Positions 1-12,852 are shown, counted from the stretch's first letter. The stretch is 57,434 bases of DNA from Nemertoderma westbladi (GCA_032718475.1 JAUCBJ010005973.1:1-57434); one strand, 5' to 3'. Notes: generated by a model not told the origin, from the sequence alone. Numbers and translations: made by a program.

Positions 1-196
1 CGATCAGATCACAAAATATAATAACATATTAAAATACTTAATATTAATTATTATTCGATAGTTTATAGTTTAAAATATCATAGTAAGTTCCCTATTAGCC
101 TAGGGCCCAACTTGTACTACACCGGTATAATAATACAGTAGTACGCTATTTGAAATTCCCGCCAATACGGTAATAATGTAATTTATGTATATCACA
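1..196 (-). repeat. 3' LTR of the Gypsy element (about 16 bp lie outside the window)
   Basis: Matches 4861-5056. On the minus strand it starts TGTGATAT directly after the purine tract GGTGGAGGGAGAGT (197-210). Confidence 0.95.
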
Positions 197-297
197 ACTC
201 TCCCTCCACCGAGTATTATAATATACCAGTTAGTTTGTATTATAGTACTTGAGTTAATCTAACACCACTGTTTGTTTCATTTGAGCCTCCATTTAGA

Positions 298-3200
298 TTA
301 ATCATTATCAGTTATGACATTCGAATCACTGGTGAGAGGGCGTAGAAATCGACGATTGCGAAGGTATGTTCTACCATTATTATCCTTCTTCACTATATAT
401 GAACGTCCATTTCCGCGAATGAATGTGACAATTCCTGTACTCTTCCAATCTTTATGGATTTTGTCCCGAATACGAACAGGATCTCCTATAGCTAACTTTC
501 GCAATGGGTGTGATCTCGAGTCATATAATTGTTTATGTCGATTGAAAACATAATCTCGCTTGGTGAGTGCATTATCTATCTCCATCGGGTGTATCGAATT
601 ATATGCAGACTGGTGTGCTGGAAGATTGGTTCGTTGAAGCCTGCCAAACAGCCATTGTGCAGGGGACAACCCATCTTCTCTTGGTGTGTTTCTCCATTCT
701 AATAGAGCGGGTTCAAAGGATACTTTATCAAGACACCCATTTTTCCAATGTTTTTTAATTAATGTCTTCATTGCTTTAACGCCAGCCTCAGCATGACCGT
801 TGGACTGAGGATATCCTGCTGATGAAGTTTCATGTTCTACTCCATTTTCTGTGCAGAACTTTCCAAATTCACCTGAACTGAATTGGGGTCCTCCATCACT
901 TCTAAGACGGTTGGGAATACCCCAATCAGCAAATAAAGTTCGTAGAGTATCGATCACATTCTTGCTAGTTGGGTATCTTCCGAATGAAGCAACACATGGC
1001 CATCCGGAATATCTGTCAACGTAAACTAAAAAGTGTTTTGCTGCATACTCAAACATGTCGGTACTAGCTGATTCGAATGGCCTTGCTGTTGTTTCAGATG
1101 AAGCAGGTTTCATTGGTTCCTGAGTCTGACTTGGACGCATGGTTTGACATATCTCACAGTCTTCTATGACTTGTTTTATGTCATTTCCCATTCCAGGCCA
1201 GCAAAACAAAGTTCGAGCACGAGACTTTGTTCTTGTTATTCCCTGGTGAGATAGGTGAAGAATCTTCAATATATTACGTCGTTGACTGGCTGGTACCACA
1301 ATCCTTGTAGCATCAACCATGATCAGACCATCATCTACAGATAAGCGATTCCAGTCCTTTTTATAGCACCGACCTGGGTGGTTGATGGAAAGTTTCACAA
1401 CATCAACTTTGTCCTTCACTGCATTGTATATGATCTGATAATCATCATCATCTTTTGCAGCTGCTCTAATAATTCCAAGTGAATTATCTTTATCTATGCC
1501 AATATCATTTGATTGAAGATGTTGACAAATAATCTCTTGAATGGATATTTTATCAACAACTTTGTCAATTGGATCGGGATCTGATATTGGCGAACGACTA
1601 AGAGCATCAGCAATATTATGAGTTTTTCCTTTCACCCACTCTAGTTTAAACACATAACCCGATAATTTTTCAAGTAATCTTTGAAGACGTGGATTTTGTA
1701 TAGCATCAAGATTAATACCATTGCATATACCAATAAGCGGTCTATGATCAGTGTGGACGACAAATGCTGTACCAATAAGGTATAGTTTGCAATAATATAT
1801 TGCCCACTGAATAGCAAGGAGTTCTATTTCACATACAGCATATCTTGTCTCGGCATCTGATAAGTAGCGTGATCCACAACGCACTAACCGTTTACTTCCA
1901 TCATTGTGTTCTTGTAACAGGGCATAACCAATTCCTGTTCTGGAAGCATCAGTTAATAAGAACGTTGCCAATTTCGGATCATAATGTGCTAGAACTGGTG
2001 TAGTTGTCAATGACAATTTAGTTGCTTCAAAGGCTTCAGTGTGTTCATCCAACCACTGATAGGCATTCTTCGGAGATAAAAGTCCACGTAATGGTGCTGA
2101 CTTCTGGGCAACTCCAGGGGAAAATTGTGAGAGTTGGTTGACTAACCCAAAGAAACTTCTTAGGTCAGTGATTGTGCTAGGAGTAGGGAAGTCACGGATT
2201 GCAGCAATTTTTTCTGGATCTGGTTTAGTACCTTTGCTACTAATAATAAAACCAGCAAAACGAACTTCCTGAGCAATTATGAATTTCTTTTTTGATAAGG
2301 TAATTTGATGCTTTTGACATCTATCCATAATTTCTCTTATAGTGACTTTAACATTATCAAATGTATCACCATAGACAAGTATATCATCCACAATTTTCAG
2401 TTTTGATGCAATGCCATCTAGAGCTGCATCACCTCGTGCACAATATTCATCTCCAGAACTTGACAAACCCATTGGAGCTCGGGCATATCTCTTCCGGCCC
2501 CATGGCGTTAAGAAAGTTGTGAATGGTTTACTGTCATTGTCCAAAGGAATCTGCCAGTAACCTTTTGTGGCGTCTAAGGTAGCAAACCATTTCGATGTAG
2601 CTGGGACAGAAGAGGCAATATCTTGTGGTGTTGGGAAAGGGTGGACTGGTCGCTGGACAAGTTCATTGAGACCTTTATAGTCAACCACCAGTCTTATCTC
2701 ACCTGGTTGATGTGGTTTACCAACAACTAGAAAAGGAGATACCCAATCAGATGGACCATCTTTGACATCCTCTATAATCCCCATAGCTTCCATTTTGTCC
2801 AATTCGGACTTTGCTTTTTCTCTGTAAGCAAAAGGAATATTCCTTGCAACATTGCAGTGCATTGGCTTTGTTCCTGGAAGCAGTGGTTTCAAATATATTT
2901 TCATTGGTGGACCTTTCATAGACTTTAATTGAATTTCACTGTTGAAGACATCAGAATATTCTTCGAAAATGTTATGTTTAAATTCTTCAACTTCATCCAC
3001 TGCTGTATTTGAGCTGGCCACGAATTTAACTGACTTTTCAACTGGTTCTTCCTGGTTAGATTCTACTTTATTAACTGCAACACCATACTTCGCCGCATCT
3101 TCTAGTGAATACGGAAAGGTAGATGGAATAATGCCTAGATCAATAAGATTGTGCCATGCTAGTAGAATATTATCAACATCTGGGGTTACATATGCCATGA

Positions 3201-4758
3201 CATTTGCCTGATGGTGCAACCATTCAATGTTGAGGTAAACAGAACCCTCACAAACCATAGAGGAACCATTTGCAGCGATAATTGAAACTTTATTATTGGT
3301 GTTAATTTGAAAGTCAAAATTTTCAAGCATTCTAGAACTGACAATGGCTTCAGATGCACCTGTATCTGGTAATATATCATTTTCAAAAGGTATACCATGA
3401 CCATTGGCTGGTGAAATTCGAACTCTTGCTAGTGGTGTCGATTTACCACTATGAGTTGATGATACTTTGACTGCAATAAATCTACTATATACCTGTATAG
3501 TATTTGATTTAGCTGTATATTGCCCATTTGTAGATTTTCCAACCTTTTTGATTGCGACACACCTTGATTTATAATGACCTTTTTTGTTACAATTATTACA
3601 GGTTATATCTTTAGCAGGGCAATTGTCTTTTCTATGTGGATTTCCACTACACCAAAAACAGTTACCATCTTTGGCTGTGCGGTGTTGCTGTCGCCAGCGG
3701 TCTTGAGATTTACTACGATTTTTATTCATTGACCCACCATGCTGTGTATTAATTTTCCCTTGCTTGTAGGTTGACGTCTTATTAATAGAACATGATTCAG
3801 AACCACGAAGGACAGCTTGGTTGGATTTATTGGCCTCCCACTTTAAACATTTTACCCAAATATCATCTAAAGTAGGACTATCCAACTCCATAAGTTTATT
3901 TTGTAACTCTTCATCAATCACGGATACAACAATCATAGTTGCGAGTTGATCCTCATAAGATAAACCGTCGAGTTCTGCTTCTGCCCCAATTGCTTTAAGT
4001 CGGACCAGGTAATCGCTAAGTCGTTCCCCTTTAGCTTGGCGACATTTTTGGAAGTTTACTCTCCATGTCAGTACAGAATATTTCTGCTCAAAGTGTTTAG
4101 TAAGTCGATCCAAACAGTCATTGATAGGGACTGAATCATCTGCCCCAAGGATTTGTGTCAGTTCGTGTTTCATTTTCTCTGAGAGACATTTCTCCAAGTG
4201 GCCCCGGTATGCATCTAACGGGAGGCGATTCATGTTATTAGCTGTGGAATATCGAATAAACGCTTTTTTCCAGCTTTTGAATCCAATAAATGTTGTGTCG
4301 GTTTCGAGGCATATCTCAGGTTTCAGAGAAGAATCTATCTTTGGATGTCTATCACTGCGTTCAGGTGTTGTAGTTCTCGCAGCCTGTAGATTTGCATGAA
4401 CTGGAGTTTTTGTGTTAAATTGTATTCTACAGCGTCTAATGTGACGGCGCAGACGTCCCAATTCATCTTCCAAACCTAAATATTCTATATATCTAGGTTC
4501 TTGTTCGGAAGTATCTTCATCGAGTCCCTCAATCCGGTGACTTTCATTGACTGAATTCAGGAATTTCTCTATGGATCCTTTGGCCAACGTAAACTCATCC
4601 TCCGTTTCCGCCAAGTCAATTTCATAATCTGGATCATCAGTGTCTTTGTCAACTAAACAACTAACGTAGGTTTCCAGTTTATCAATAGCCCTTTTGGCTT
4701 GTAAGGCGTACTGGCCACGGCTTCGCCGGGCTGTCGTAATATCGCCCTTCATTGACAT
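298..4758 (-). CDS. gag-pol: Gag-Pol polyprotein, 1486 aa, uninterrupted
   Basis: Two zinc knuckles (CFWCSGNPHRKDNC, CNNCNKKGHYKSRC); protease LPDTGA; RT LDATKGYWQI and IVDDIL; RNase H TDASRTGIG and ADALSR; integrase HLSHQG...CEIC, RSDGGPQF and NGHAE. Confidence 0.96.
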   Translation of the reverse strand: MSMKGDITTARRSRGQYALQAKRAIDKLETYVSCLVDKDTDDPDYEIDLAETEDEFTLAKGSIEKFLNSVNESHRIEGLDEDTSEQEPRYIEYLGLEDELGRLRRHIRRCRIQFNTKTPVHANLQAARTTTPERSDRHPKIDSSLKPEICLETDTTFIGFKSWKKAFIRYSTANNMNRLPLDAYRGHLEKCLSEKMKHELTQILGADDSVPINDCLDRLTKHFEQKYSVLTWRVNFQKCRQAKGERLSDYLVRLKAIGAEAELDGLSYEDQLATMIVVSVIDEELQNKLMELDSPTLDDIWVKCLKWEANKSNQAVLRGSESCSINKTSTYKQGKINTQHGGSMNKNRSKSQDRWRQQHRTAKDGNCFWCSGNPHRKDNCPAKDITCNNCNKKGHYKSRCVAIKKVGKSTNGQYTAKSNTIQVYSRFIAVKVSSTHSGKSTPLARVRISPANGHGIPFENDILPDTGASEAIVSSRMLENFDFQINTNNKVSIIAANGSSMVCEGSVYLNIEWLHHQANVMAYVTPDVDNILLAWHNLIDLGIIPSTFPYSLEDAAKYGVAVNKVESNQEEPVEKSVKFVASSNTAVDEVEEFKHNIFEEYSDVFNSEIQLKSMKGPPMKIYLKPLLPGTKPMHCNVARNIPFAYREKAKSELDKMEAMGIIEDVKDGPSDWVSPFLVVGKPHQPGEIRLVVDYKGLNELVQRPVHPFPTPQDIASSVPATSKWFATLDATKGYWQIPLDNDSKPFTTFLTPWGRKRYARAPMGLSSSGDEYCARGDAALDGIASKLKIVDDILVYGDTFDNVKVTIREIMDRCQKHQITLSKKKFIIAQEVRFAGFIISSKGTKPDPEKIAAIRDFPTPSTITDLRSFFGLVNQLSQFSPGVAQKSAPLRGLLSPKNAYQWLDEHTEAFEATKLSLTTTPVLAHYDPKLATFLLTDASRTGIGYALLQEHNDGSKRLVRCGSRYLSDAETRYAVCEIELLAIQWAIYYCKLYLIGTAFVVHTDHRPLIGICNGINLDAIQNPRLQRLLEKLSGYVFKLEWVKGKTHNIADALSRSPISDPDPIDKVVDKISIQEIICQHLQSNDIGIDKDNSLGIIRAAAKDDDDYQIIYNAVKDKVDVVKLSINHPGRCYKKDWNRLSVDDGLIMVDATRIVVPASQRRNILKILHLSHQGITRTKSRARTLFCWPGMGNDIKQVIEDCEICQTMRPSQTQEPMKPASSETTARPFESASTDMFEYAAKHFLVYVDRYSGWPCVASFGRYPTSKNVIDTLRTLFADWGIPNRLRSDGGPQFSSGEFGKFCTENGVEHETSSAGYPQSNGHAEAGVKAMKTLIKKHWKNGCLDKVSFEPALLEWRNTPREDGLSPAQWLFGRLQRTNLPAHQSAYNSIHPMEIDNALTKRDYVFNRHKQLYDSRSHPLRKLAIGDPVRIRDKIHKDWKSTGIVTFIRGNGRSYIVKKDNNGRTYLRNRRFLRPLTSDSNVITDND

Positions 4759-4833
4759 TTTGTGGCGTTTACCGGTAGAGATCAGACATCCATCATTAAT
4801 GAATATTAGGTAGGCTTATAACATAGGTACATA

Positions 4834-4844
4834 ACGCAGCGCCA
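4834..4844 (-). promoter_or_regulatory. Primer-binding site TGGCGCTGCGT (tRNA-Ser-like)
   Basis: TGG begins immediately after the CA end of the 5' LTR on the minus strand. The tRNA identity is inferred from resemblance to Ser tRNA 3' ends. Confidence 0.75.
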
Positions 4845-5056
4845 TGTGATATCTGGCTCCCGATCAGATCACAAAATATAATAACATATTAAAATACTTA
4901 ATATTAATTATTATTCGATAGTTTATAGTTTAAAATATCATAGTAAGTTCCCTATTAGCCTAGGGCCCAACTTGTACTACACCGGTATAATAATACAGTA
5001 GTACGCTATTTGAAATTCCCGCCAATACGGTAATAATGTAATTTATGTATATCACA
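4845..5056 (-). repeat. 5' LTR, 212 bp
   Basis: Ends are TGTGATAT...ATATCACA (8-bp terminal inverted repeat). Identical to the copy at the window start over the visible 196 bp. Confidence 0.95.
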
Positions 5057-6985
5057 ATGGATGCGAATTTAGTTCCAATGGAAGCGAATTTAGTTGCAAT
5101 GGAAGCGAATTTAGTTCCAATGGAAGCGAATTTAGTTCCAATGTTTCAGGTGTGAGGCGAGCCACTTAGTTAGCGAAGAATCTGTTTAATGACAATTTTA
5201 GATGGATGGTTAAATAATAATTGTAAATAACTAACCCAAAACGCCCAACCTCCTAACCAAAACAATCTTATCCCAAACAACGCCCAACGTCTTAACCCAA
5301 ACAAATCAATTAAATTCATTTATATTTAATAATTTAAAATGATACTAATTGCAAAAAACAACGCCCAAACTCTTAACCCAAACAACGCCCATCCACCTAA
5401 ACCGAAATATCTGGTAAATATTGTAATTGGTTAGAAAATGGCACAATGTGCATGACTTGAGTATATAATACTACAGACTCAGTAAGTCAATATCAGTGAT
5501 TAATATATATTTCAAAATGTGTAATTATACATTTAATTCAGTAATAATATCATTATTGATTAATAATAATTCGTTTTTTAAAAATGACAGAAGGGTTTTA
5601 CAATTATTTACAATTATTGTTGACGATTATTAATTATTTATTTTTAATTATTGTTGGCAATTATTAATTACGTGGCTATCCCTACGATTGAAACATTGGA
5701 ACTAAGTTCGCATCCATTGGAACTAAATTCGCTTCCATTGGAACTAAATTCGCATCCATTGGAACTAAATTCGCTTCCATTGGAACTAAATTCGCATCCA
5801 TTGGAACTAAATTCGCTTCCATTGGAACTAAATTCGCTTCCATTGGAACTAAGTTCGCTTCCATTGGAACTAAATTCGCTTCCATTGGAACTAAATTCGC
5901 ATGCATTGGAACTAAATTCGCTTCCATTGGAACTAAATTCGCTTCCATTGGAACTAAATTCGCTTCCATTGGAACTAAATTCGCTTCCATTGGAACTAAA
6001 TTCGCTTCCATTGGAACTAAGTTCGCTTCCATTGGAACTAAATTCGCTTCCATTGGAACTAAATTCGCATGCATTGGAACTAAATTCGCTTCCATTGGAA
6101 CTAAATTCGCATCCATTGGAACTAAATTCGCTTCCATTGGAACTAAATTCGCTTCCATTGGAACTAAATTCGCTTCCATTGGAACTAAATTCGCTTCCAT
6201 TGGAACTAAGTTCGCTTCCATTGGAACTAAATTCGCTTCCATTGGAACTAAATTCGCTTCCATTGGAACTAAGTTCGCTTCCATTGGAACTAAATTCGCT
6301 TCCATTGGAACTAAATTCGCATGCATTGGAACTAAATTCGCTTCCATTGGAACTAAATTCGCATCCATTGGAACTAAATTCGCTTCCATTGGAACTAAAT
6401 TCGCTTCCATTGGAACTAAATTCGCTTCCATTGGAACTAAATTCACATCCATTGGAACTAAATTCGCATCCATTGGAACTAAGTTCGTTTTGATATTCTG
6501 GGATTGGAACTAAGTTCGCCTCGATTGGAACTAAGTTCGCTTTGTAAAATTTATTTTGGAACTAAATTTGTTTCAATTGGAACTAAATTCGCATGCATTG
6601 GAACTAAATTCGCATCCATTGGAACTAAATTCGTTTTGATATTCTGGGATTGGAACTAAGTTCGCCTCGATTGGAACTAAGTTCGCTTTGTAAAATTTAT
6701 TTTGGAACAAAATTTGTTTCAATTGGAACTAAATTCGCATGCATTGGAACTAAATTCGCATCCATTGGAACTAAGTTCGTTTTGATATTCTGGGATTGGA
6801 ACTAAGTTCGCCTCGATTGGAACTAAGTTCGCTTTGTAAAATTTATTTTGGAACTAAATTTGTTTCAATTGGAACTAAATTCGCATGCATTGGAACTAAA
6901 TTCGCATCCATTGGAACTAAATTCGCTTCCATTGGAACTAAATTCGCCTTTGAAAATGTGCGATTAGAACTAAGTTCGTGCTACC
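5057..6985. mobile_element. Foldback/Mutator-like element with inverted arms of a 21-bp minisatellite; left arm interrupted by the Gypsy element
   Basis: 5057-5148 is the reverse complement of the array starting near 5690 (ATTGGAACTAAATTCGCTTCC), with a ~540-bp spacer between them. The right arm ends GAACTAAGTTCGTGCTACC. Confidence 0.75.
5690..6978. repeat. 21-bp tandem array with three 146-bp higher-order blocks at about 6487-6925
   Basis: Unit ATTGGAACTAAATTCGCTTCC with variants. GATATTCTGGG recurs at 6492, 6638 and 6784. Confidence 0.95.
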
Positions 6986-7308
6986 TTCCGCATACACCGA
7001 CTGTTTGACCACTAGCATTTTCGGCCACCTTCCATCCTCATGTTCAATCCCACTATTAAACCCTGGGATTTTCAGGAGATTACTGGGACATTGTCCCAGT
7101 AAACTCCTGCATTGATGGTGTTGAGCCCAGGGAGTTTGTCCCAGGGACAAACTTTACATACTCTGGATGCGAAGCTTATGCCAATATCTTCCAAGCTTGA
7201 TTCGTTTATTGAATTTTAATCGAATGTTTTGATGCCCAAGATAAATGTACCTCTGGAAACAGCTAACCAAACCACACCATAAGTGATAAAGTCTCTTCTG
7301 CCGACATT

Positions 7309-7735
7309 ATGGCATTCTGCAGGCTAAATCAGCTGAAATTTGAAGACAACACTACAGGTTGGATGTTGGCAGATTTGGGGTATGGGTTTAAAAAATGGTT
7401 GATGACGACTATTGAGAAGCCACTTAGTTCTCTATTGCTGTACATCAGGGCGCACAATTGCGTTATTAAATCTCGATTTCGTTGCCTATCCTTGGAGTGC
7501 CAAATACAGTTTTCTCATAAAAAGGCAATCATTATCGCTTGAGCATGTTTACACAATTATGCTATCAGGCGTAATGTTCCATTTGTTCCAGTTGATGCAC
7601 AATATGAATAAAAAATTGTTGATCATCAATATGATGTTTGGGCTACTGTGGAGGACGATATTATTGGTAAAGTTGCACGAGATCAGATTGTGGAGAGATT
7701 TTTTCAAGAGTGACTCAACTCTTAAATATTTCAAA
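7309..7735 (+). pseudogene. PIF/Harbinger transposase (HARBI1-like DDE) C-terminal relic
   Basis: Reads GWMLADLGYGFKKWLMT...YIRAH...KSRFRCL...LHNYAIRRNVP...GKVARDQIVERFF across stops. This matches Harbinger motifs GDSGYP..WLMTP, KxRFRCL and LHN. Confidence 0.75.
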
Positions 7736-10700
7736 CGGGCAATATACACTAAAACAGAAACTACAGTAAGTACATTAAACTTAGCTAATGCAGTAATGCT
7801 GAGGTAAAAGTCATGATTATCGATAATTTATTGAAGAAAATTTAGAAAATTAAATAATTAATAAATAAGATAATTTTTTAAACCTTTTTCTAAAATGTCC
7901 CTTTAGGGGTTCCGCAGTAATCTTAGAAAGTGATTAAAAGTCTTGAAGTAAATAGTTATTTTTTTGCAGCTACTAGGCCTATATTTCATTGAAGACACCA
8001 AATAAACTAATCCGAAGTTTGTAAAAGTAAAATGATTAGTAAAATAATTGAGCCTCAAAGTATAATGAACTTCGATATTTTGGGTTATAAGGCATCAAAT
8101 TCTATCACCCTAACAAAATCCACGATCTACTACAAAAGTGCAAAAATGGCCTCAAACAATGTGAATAAAAGTATATTTCAGTCATAGAATTTACTCTGCT
8201 CATTTTCGGCTCCACATATCACCAGAAGTCATAGGAAAACAGTCAAACGTCTAGGAACAACACTCAAAATAGACAACGAGTTAGTGCGTTTAGAAGGACC
8301 TTTTTCTACAGTAAGTGACCAAAAATATGATTTAAAATGAAATATCAGAGTATATTTCGGGCAACAGCCCTTTATCAACTCAATTCAGTTAAACTGCATG
8401 CAGGTGTAAAGTACATACAGGACTAAACTACTACAGGACAGACTACAGAACACTCAAAATGTCAGGACAATACACAAATCAAATTCCGATTTTTATTTAG
8501 TTAATTTAATTGGAAATTTCTGACCTAAAACTAGCCGAAATTCCCCCTCAATTCTGGGTTTCATTAGGTTTCCAAAATCGAACCTGAAGCCACTCAAACC
8601 AACATAAACGCCACGTTATAACAAGATTCTCCACCCATGGGTTCCACCACCTACTGTGTATCTACAGCAACTTCCACGATATCTACGAGAACTGCTAGTG
8701 TAAGCTCTGCAGCCAACCATCGCCAATTTACCACCTCCTCAGCTGCCCCACGAACTCCAGGTCGCTCGCTCACTGAGCGAGTCTGAATCACCGATGATGA
8801 ATTCTCTGATTCTCTGATTCTAACATACATATTATCCTGTTAACATGGCCCTAATTATTCATTTAATTTTCTCAAACTAACTATTTATTTATTTAATTTA
8901 AATATTATTATTTTTCGACGAATTTTATGTAGGGATCAAATTTGCGACTTTTTAAATATTTTATATAGTACTGACTACTGACAATTAAATGATTTTACTC
9001 CTGTTTTTATTACGCCCTGATGCCCTTCTGTGTTTTATTTATTGTTGCAAATCCTATGCTACTTTGTGCGGAGTACCACACAGTTATTAATACACAGATT
9101 ATCTTCCTTCTTATTGGTGCGCACCACTGTATAATTTTAACCCAATACCTTTTTGGTGAAATTAAATTATATATTAAATTTCTAATTTATACAATCAAAA
9201 CGATAGGTTTTGTTGATTGTTGTGATTGATGGTGCTGAGTCGAAAAAAAGTGGGTTGCAAAACATTTGGATAAATATTAAGGAACTAAGTTTAGAGTGTT
9301 TTTAATGAAACCGAAACTTTTAATTCTGCTACTGGCTAATAAGTGGAGTCAATAAATTTTAAATTTCCATTTGGAGGTATCTTTCTCCTTCCCCTGGCAG
9401 AACTCACATAATAACAATAATGCTATTGATCTACAGTACAAGACGGCATAGGAGCTGTTATAAAAAAAAACAATGAAGGAATGCCCCTCGGGACATCCAT
9501 TTCACCGACTTTAACCCTCCTACTACCCAATAAGATTAGCCAAAAATATTAAAATTTCAGTGTCCGTGCTGCATCCTGAAGTGCTACCAGTGCAGTGTAC
9601 TACGGTGTAATGTGCTACTACATGATATCTCGTTGTTAATACAGCAGTGCCTACTAAAAGTTAGTTAGGTTAGTTAATTGACAATTTTAGAATATTAATT
9701 AATATATCAACCACTCATGTACATTACAGGTGCATTTCCATCGAGCATTACAAAGATATATAAATCACAAAATAAGACAATTCAATTCAAAAATAATCGA
9801 GTCAAAGAGAACCTAACGGATGATTACCAATAATTGTTGCAGTTTTCCCTACCAAAAAACAGGATTGCCATTAACTTTACGGTCTTTAGGATTACCAGGA
9901 ACCCCTGGTACTGGTTGATATTGTCTTAGAGAAAAAGTGGTTACATTTCGTAGCTGAGTTAAGTTTGGGATGGGAGGCGAACCACCCTGGTGGTGAAACT
10001 GGAGCTGGTCTGGTCTGTTAAAGAAGCCTGTCGCCATGTTTAAAAACTCGTCGACAAGTGAAATTGAAACATGTGGCTGTATGTCTACCAACATTATCTC
10101 ATAGTAAATACTACTCATAATAATTTTAGGTTTCTTAATGAAAGCCACTGCCTCTGTCACTTCTTCTCCATTTATATCCTCTTCCAAAATCCCAGCAGTA
10201 CCTACATCGTCGCTGTTGTCTGCCGAGAATGTAGAAATACGGTATTCCCGTGATGCTTAGAGTACCGCATGTATAACAATAATATTAGCAACTTCTCCCT
10301 CCAGAGAAGTAAATAGATAAAATAATAGATAATAAATATAAATTATTATCATTATAAATAGATAAGAAGAGAAAACTAACACAACAGGTACTGGAACTTT
10401 CACTGCCCTTTTGATTAAGCCGACTTGTCTTAAAACATTAACACATCAGCGTGACGTTTTTTGATATCTGACTTCAAGGATGGCATTTGCCTTTTACCTG
10501 TATCACTGTAGGCAAATAACTACCCTTATCATCTATCAATATCTTTGCAATATCATTATATGCCACACATAGGGTACGGTATCTGTAAATATTTGATCCA
10601 CCGCATATACTGGAAATAAAAATTATCTTAATAATATTAGACTTGCAGAGCTGCAGAGTGGACCACTGTAGGGGTAAAGAAAGCTAGTTTGAAATGTAAA

Positions 10701-11359
10701 TCTAAAGAATTGACCTCAGAATATATCCATAAATTGACAAACGCTTACCGGTATCAGTGATACAAGTTACTCAGTATTTAAGGCAATTCTATAGTAGACG
10801 CTCGAAATCGAAACAAAATAAATCTGTCAGTGTCAGTTGGTTTACTACCGGTACATTTTAAAAACTTTTAAAAACGTTTAAAAACTGACAAGCTGCATTT
10901 ATAGTCAGTAGTGAGGGAGACTATCAAACTTCAGAATAATGTTTCCTGTCCGTTTAAATCACTCTTTATGTTCGTTTGTTAATTTATTTAACCATTTTGT
11001 TTTACGATTTAGTTGCTAAGGTATCGATCGACCAGATATATAATATACATGTAGTCCAGAAAGAAGTATAGAAAATGAATACGAATATTTGCTGAAATTA
11101 TATATATGATGTGAATGAATAAGTACAGACAACAATCGGATGGAGGCTTATAAATATGATTTGATCATACAATTAGGAATATTATAAGCGGAATCTACCT
11201 AAAGTATTAAAGTAATTAAACCGTTAAATTGCAATTAAGCCAATATGCTAAATAGTCTGGAGAATTTATTGGAAATATGGACTTAAATGATGGTGTGGAA
11301 AGCAGGCAAACAGACAAGCGGCCTCAAAAACTTGATTCTACACAACAAATGCCAGGGTT

Positions 11360-11565
11360 TGTAGTTGTAGGCTTGCAGCTAAAACTGGTGGTATATAGAT
11401 ATAAATTGGTAGGTATTCGCAGCTAAATTAAGTAGATCATCGAAGCTAAACCCGGTAGGTAGTCGCAGCAAAACCCGGAAGGTTGTCACAGCTAAACTCC
11501 GTAGATAATCGCCGCTAGACCCAGTAGATAGTCGCAGCAAATCCCTGAAGGTTGTCACAGCTACT
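11360..11565. repeat. Degenerate ~24-bp tandem repeat (GTAGGTAGTCGCAGCTAAACCCG-like)
   Basis: About 8 diverged copies of a GCAGCTAAA/GCAGCAAA core. Confidence 0.6.
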
Positions 11566-12852
11566 AATAGCTATTAATATAATATACTAATACTAATAAT
11601 ATTAAATAGCAATATCTATTTAACTCAAACTACGTCAAATTAGTTACTACCTAGAAAGGTCTGGTTAATATTAAGTTGAAACACTGAGGACTGAACATTA
11701 GAAAGCACATACTCGATAGAGTGGGTGGTAGGGATGCAACAGAGCTAATATTATGATTTTATGTTAATTACTATGATATTTACATTATTCATACATTAAA
11801 AATAATTATGAGCAATTTTATAATTATTAACAACATGACCTCTGAATCTGACTAATTTGCCCGGAGCCAGAAAAATCGCCCCGAGCTCCGGAGCCGGAGA
11901 AAGAGCTCTCTCTGTTACATCCCTAGTGGGTGGTAGTGTTATGTTATTTCCATGGCCGTAGGTGTATTCTTTAATCCAATGATACCCATAACAACCCGTT
12001 GCTACGGTAACAGCAACACCAATGGTAATCGTACTAAAATACGTACTACGTACTACGGTATGGTAATGGCAAAAGTGTGAACACATTTAATGTTTTGCTG
12101 TTTGCGCACGCTGTCTCATACCCATTTATCGAAAAAGTTAATCCTTTACCTGGACCAGAAACTGTATAACATTTAAAACAAATTAAACGATATTAAAATA
12201 TAAATTTAAATTGCACGAGAAGCTAACTACATTGAAGTAGGCCTACATGAGTATCTGAAGCTATGAAGTATTATTGTGTATGGAGTTATTACAGTAGAAC
12301 AGAACATTTCATCCGGTTATGATTAGCACAGGTATTCTAATTATGTTCAATTAACTTTTGACAACTGGCCCAGAGAGTGATTGTTAATTATAATAAACTA
12401 GAAAGGCAGATATCAATACCGACAGACTTATTTAACAAACAATCCGAAAGTCGGGACTGATTAAATGACAGACAACAGACATGCCATTTATTCAAGGGGG
12501 GGGGGGGGGGCACAAATTATTAATTTACCGACAAAATAAGGAACTACAAAATACAGGACCTATCGCAATTACAGTGTAAGGCTGATTTAAAAACGATTGA
12601 AAAACATTAACACTATGAGACGATTAAAAAACTAGTTAGAATTAAACCTCAACATCGAGTTAATTCAACAAAAATAATAATTCAGTTCAATAAAAACCGA
12701 AAACGACAATGATACACCATTGCACTGAAGTTTAAGATTAAAAATACGAAACGATCAAAAGGAAAAGTTATTTCAAAAAAATAATTAATTCAGTTCAATA
12801 AGCCGAAAACGACTACGATTAACTATTGTGCAGAAGTTTGAGTAAATCTTCT

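Larger units (their letters stand above)
1..5056 (-). mobile_element. Full-length Ty3/Gypsy LTR retrotransposon (probably Mag-like lineage); left LTR cut by the window edge
   Basis: Direct repeats 1-196 and 4861-5056 read identical. PPT and PBS lie next to the LTRs. A single gag-pol ORF has domain order PR-RT-RH-IN. Confidence 0.96.

Noticed and set aside
5651-6493. 280-aa and 263-aa ORFs (LELNSLP / MEANLVP repeats)
   Set aside because: Translations of a stop-free 21-bp minisatellite on both strands; no evidence of coding.
5690-6978. CRISPR-like array (also considered for 15930-17175 and 45781-46701)
   Set aside because: Head-to-tail repeats with no unique spacers, no cas genes, and eukaryotic TE context.
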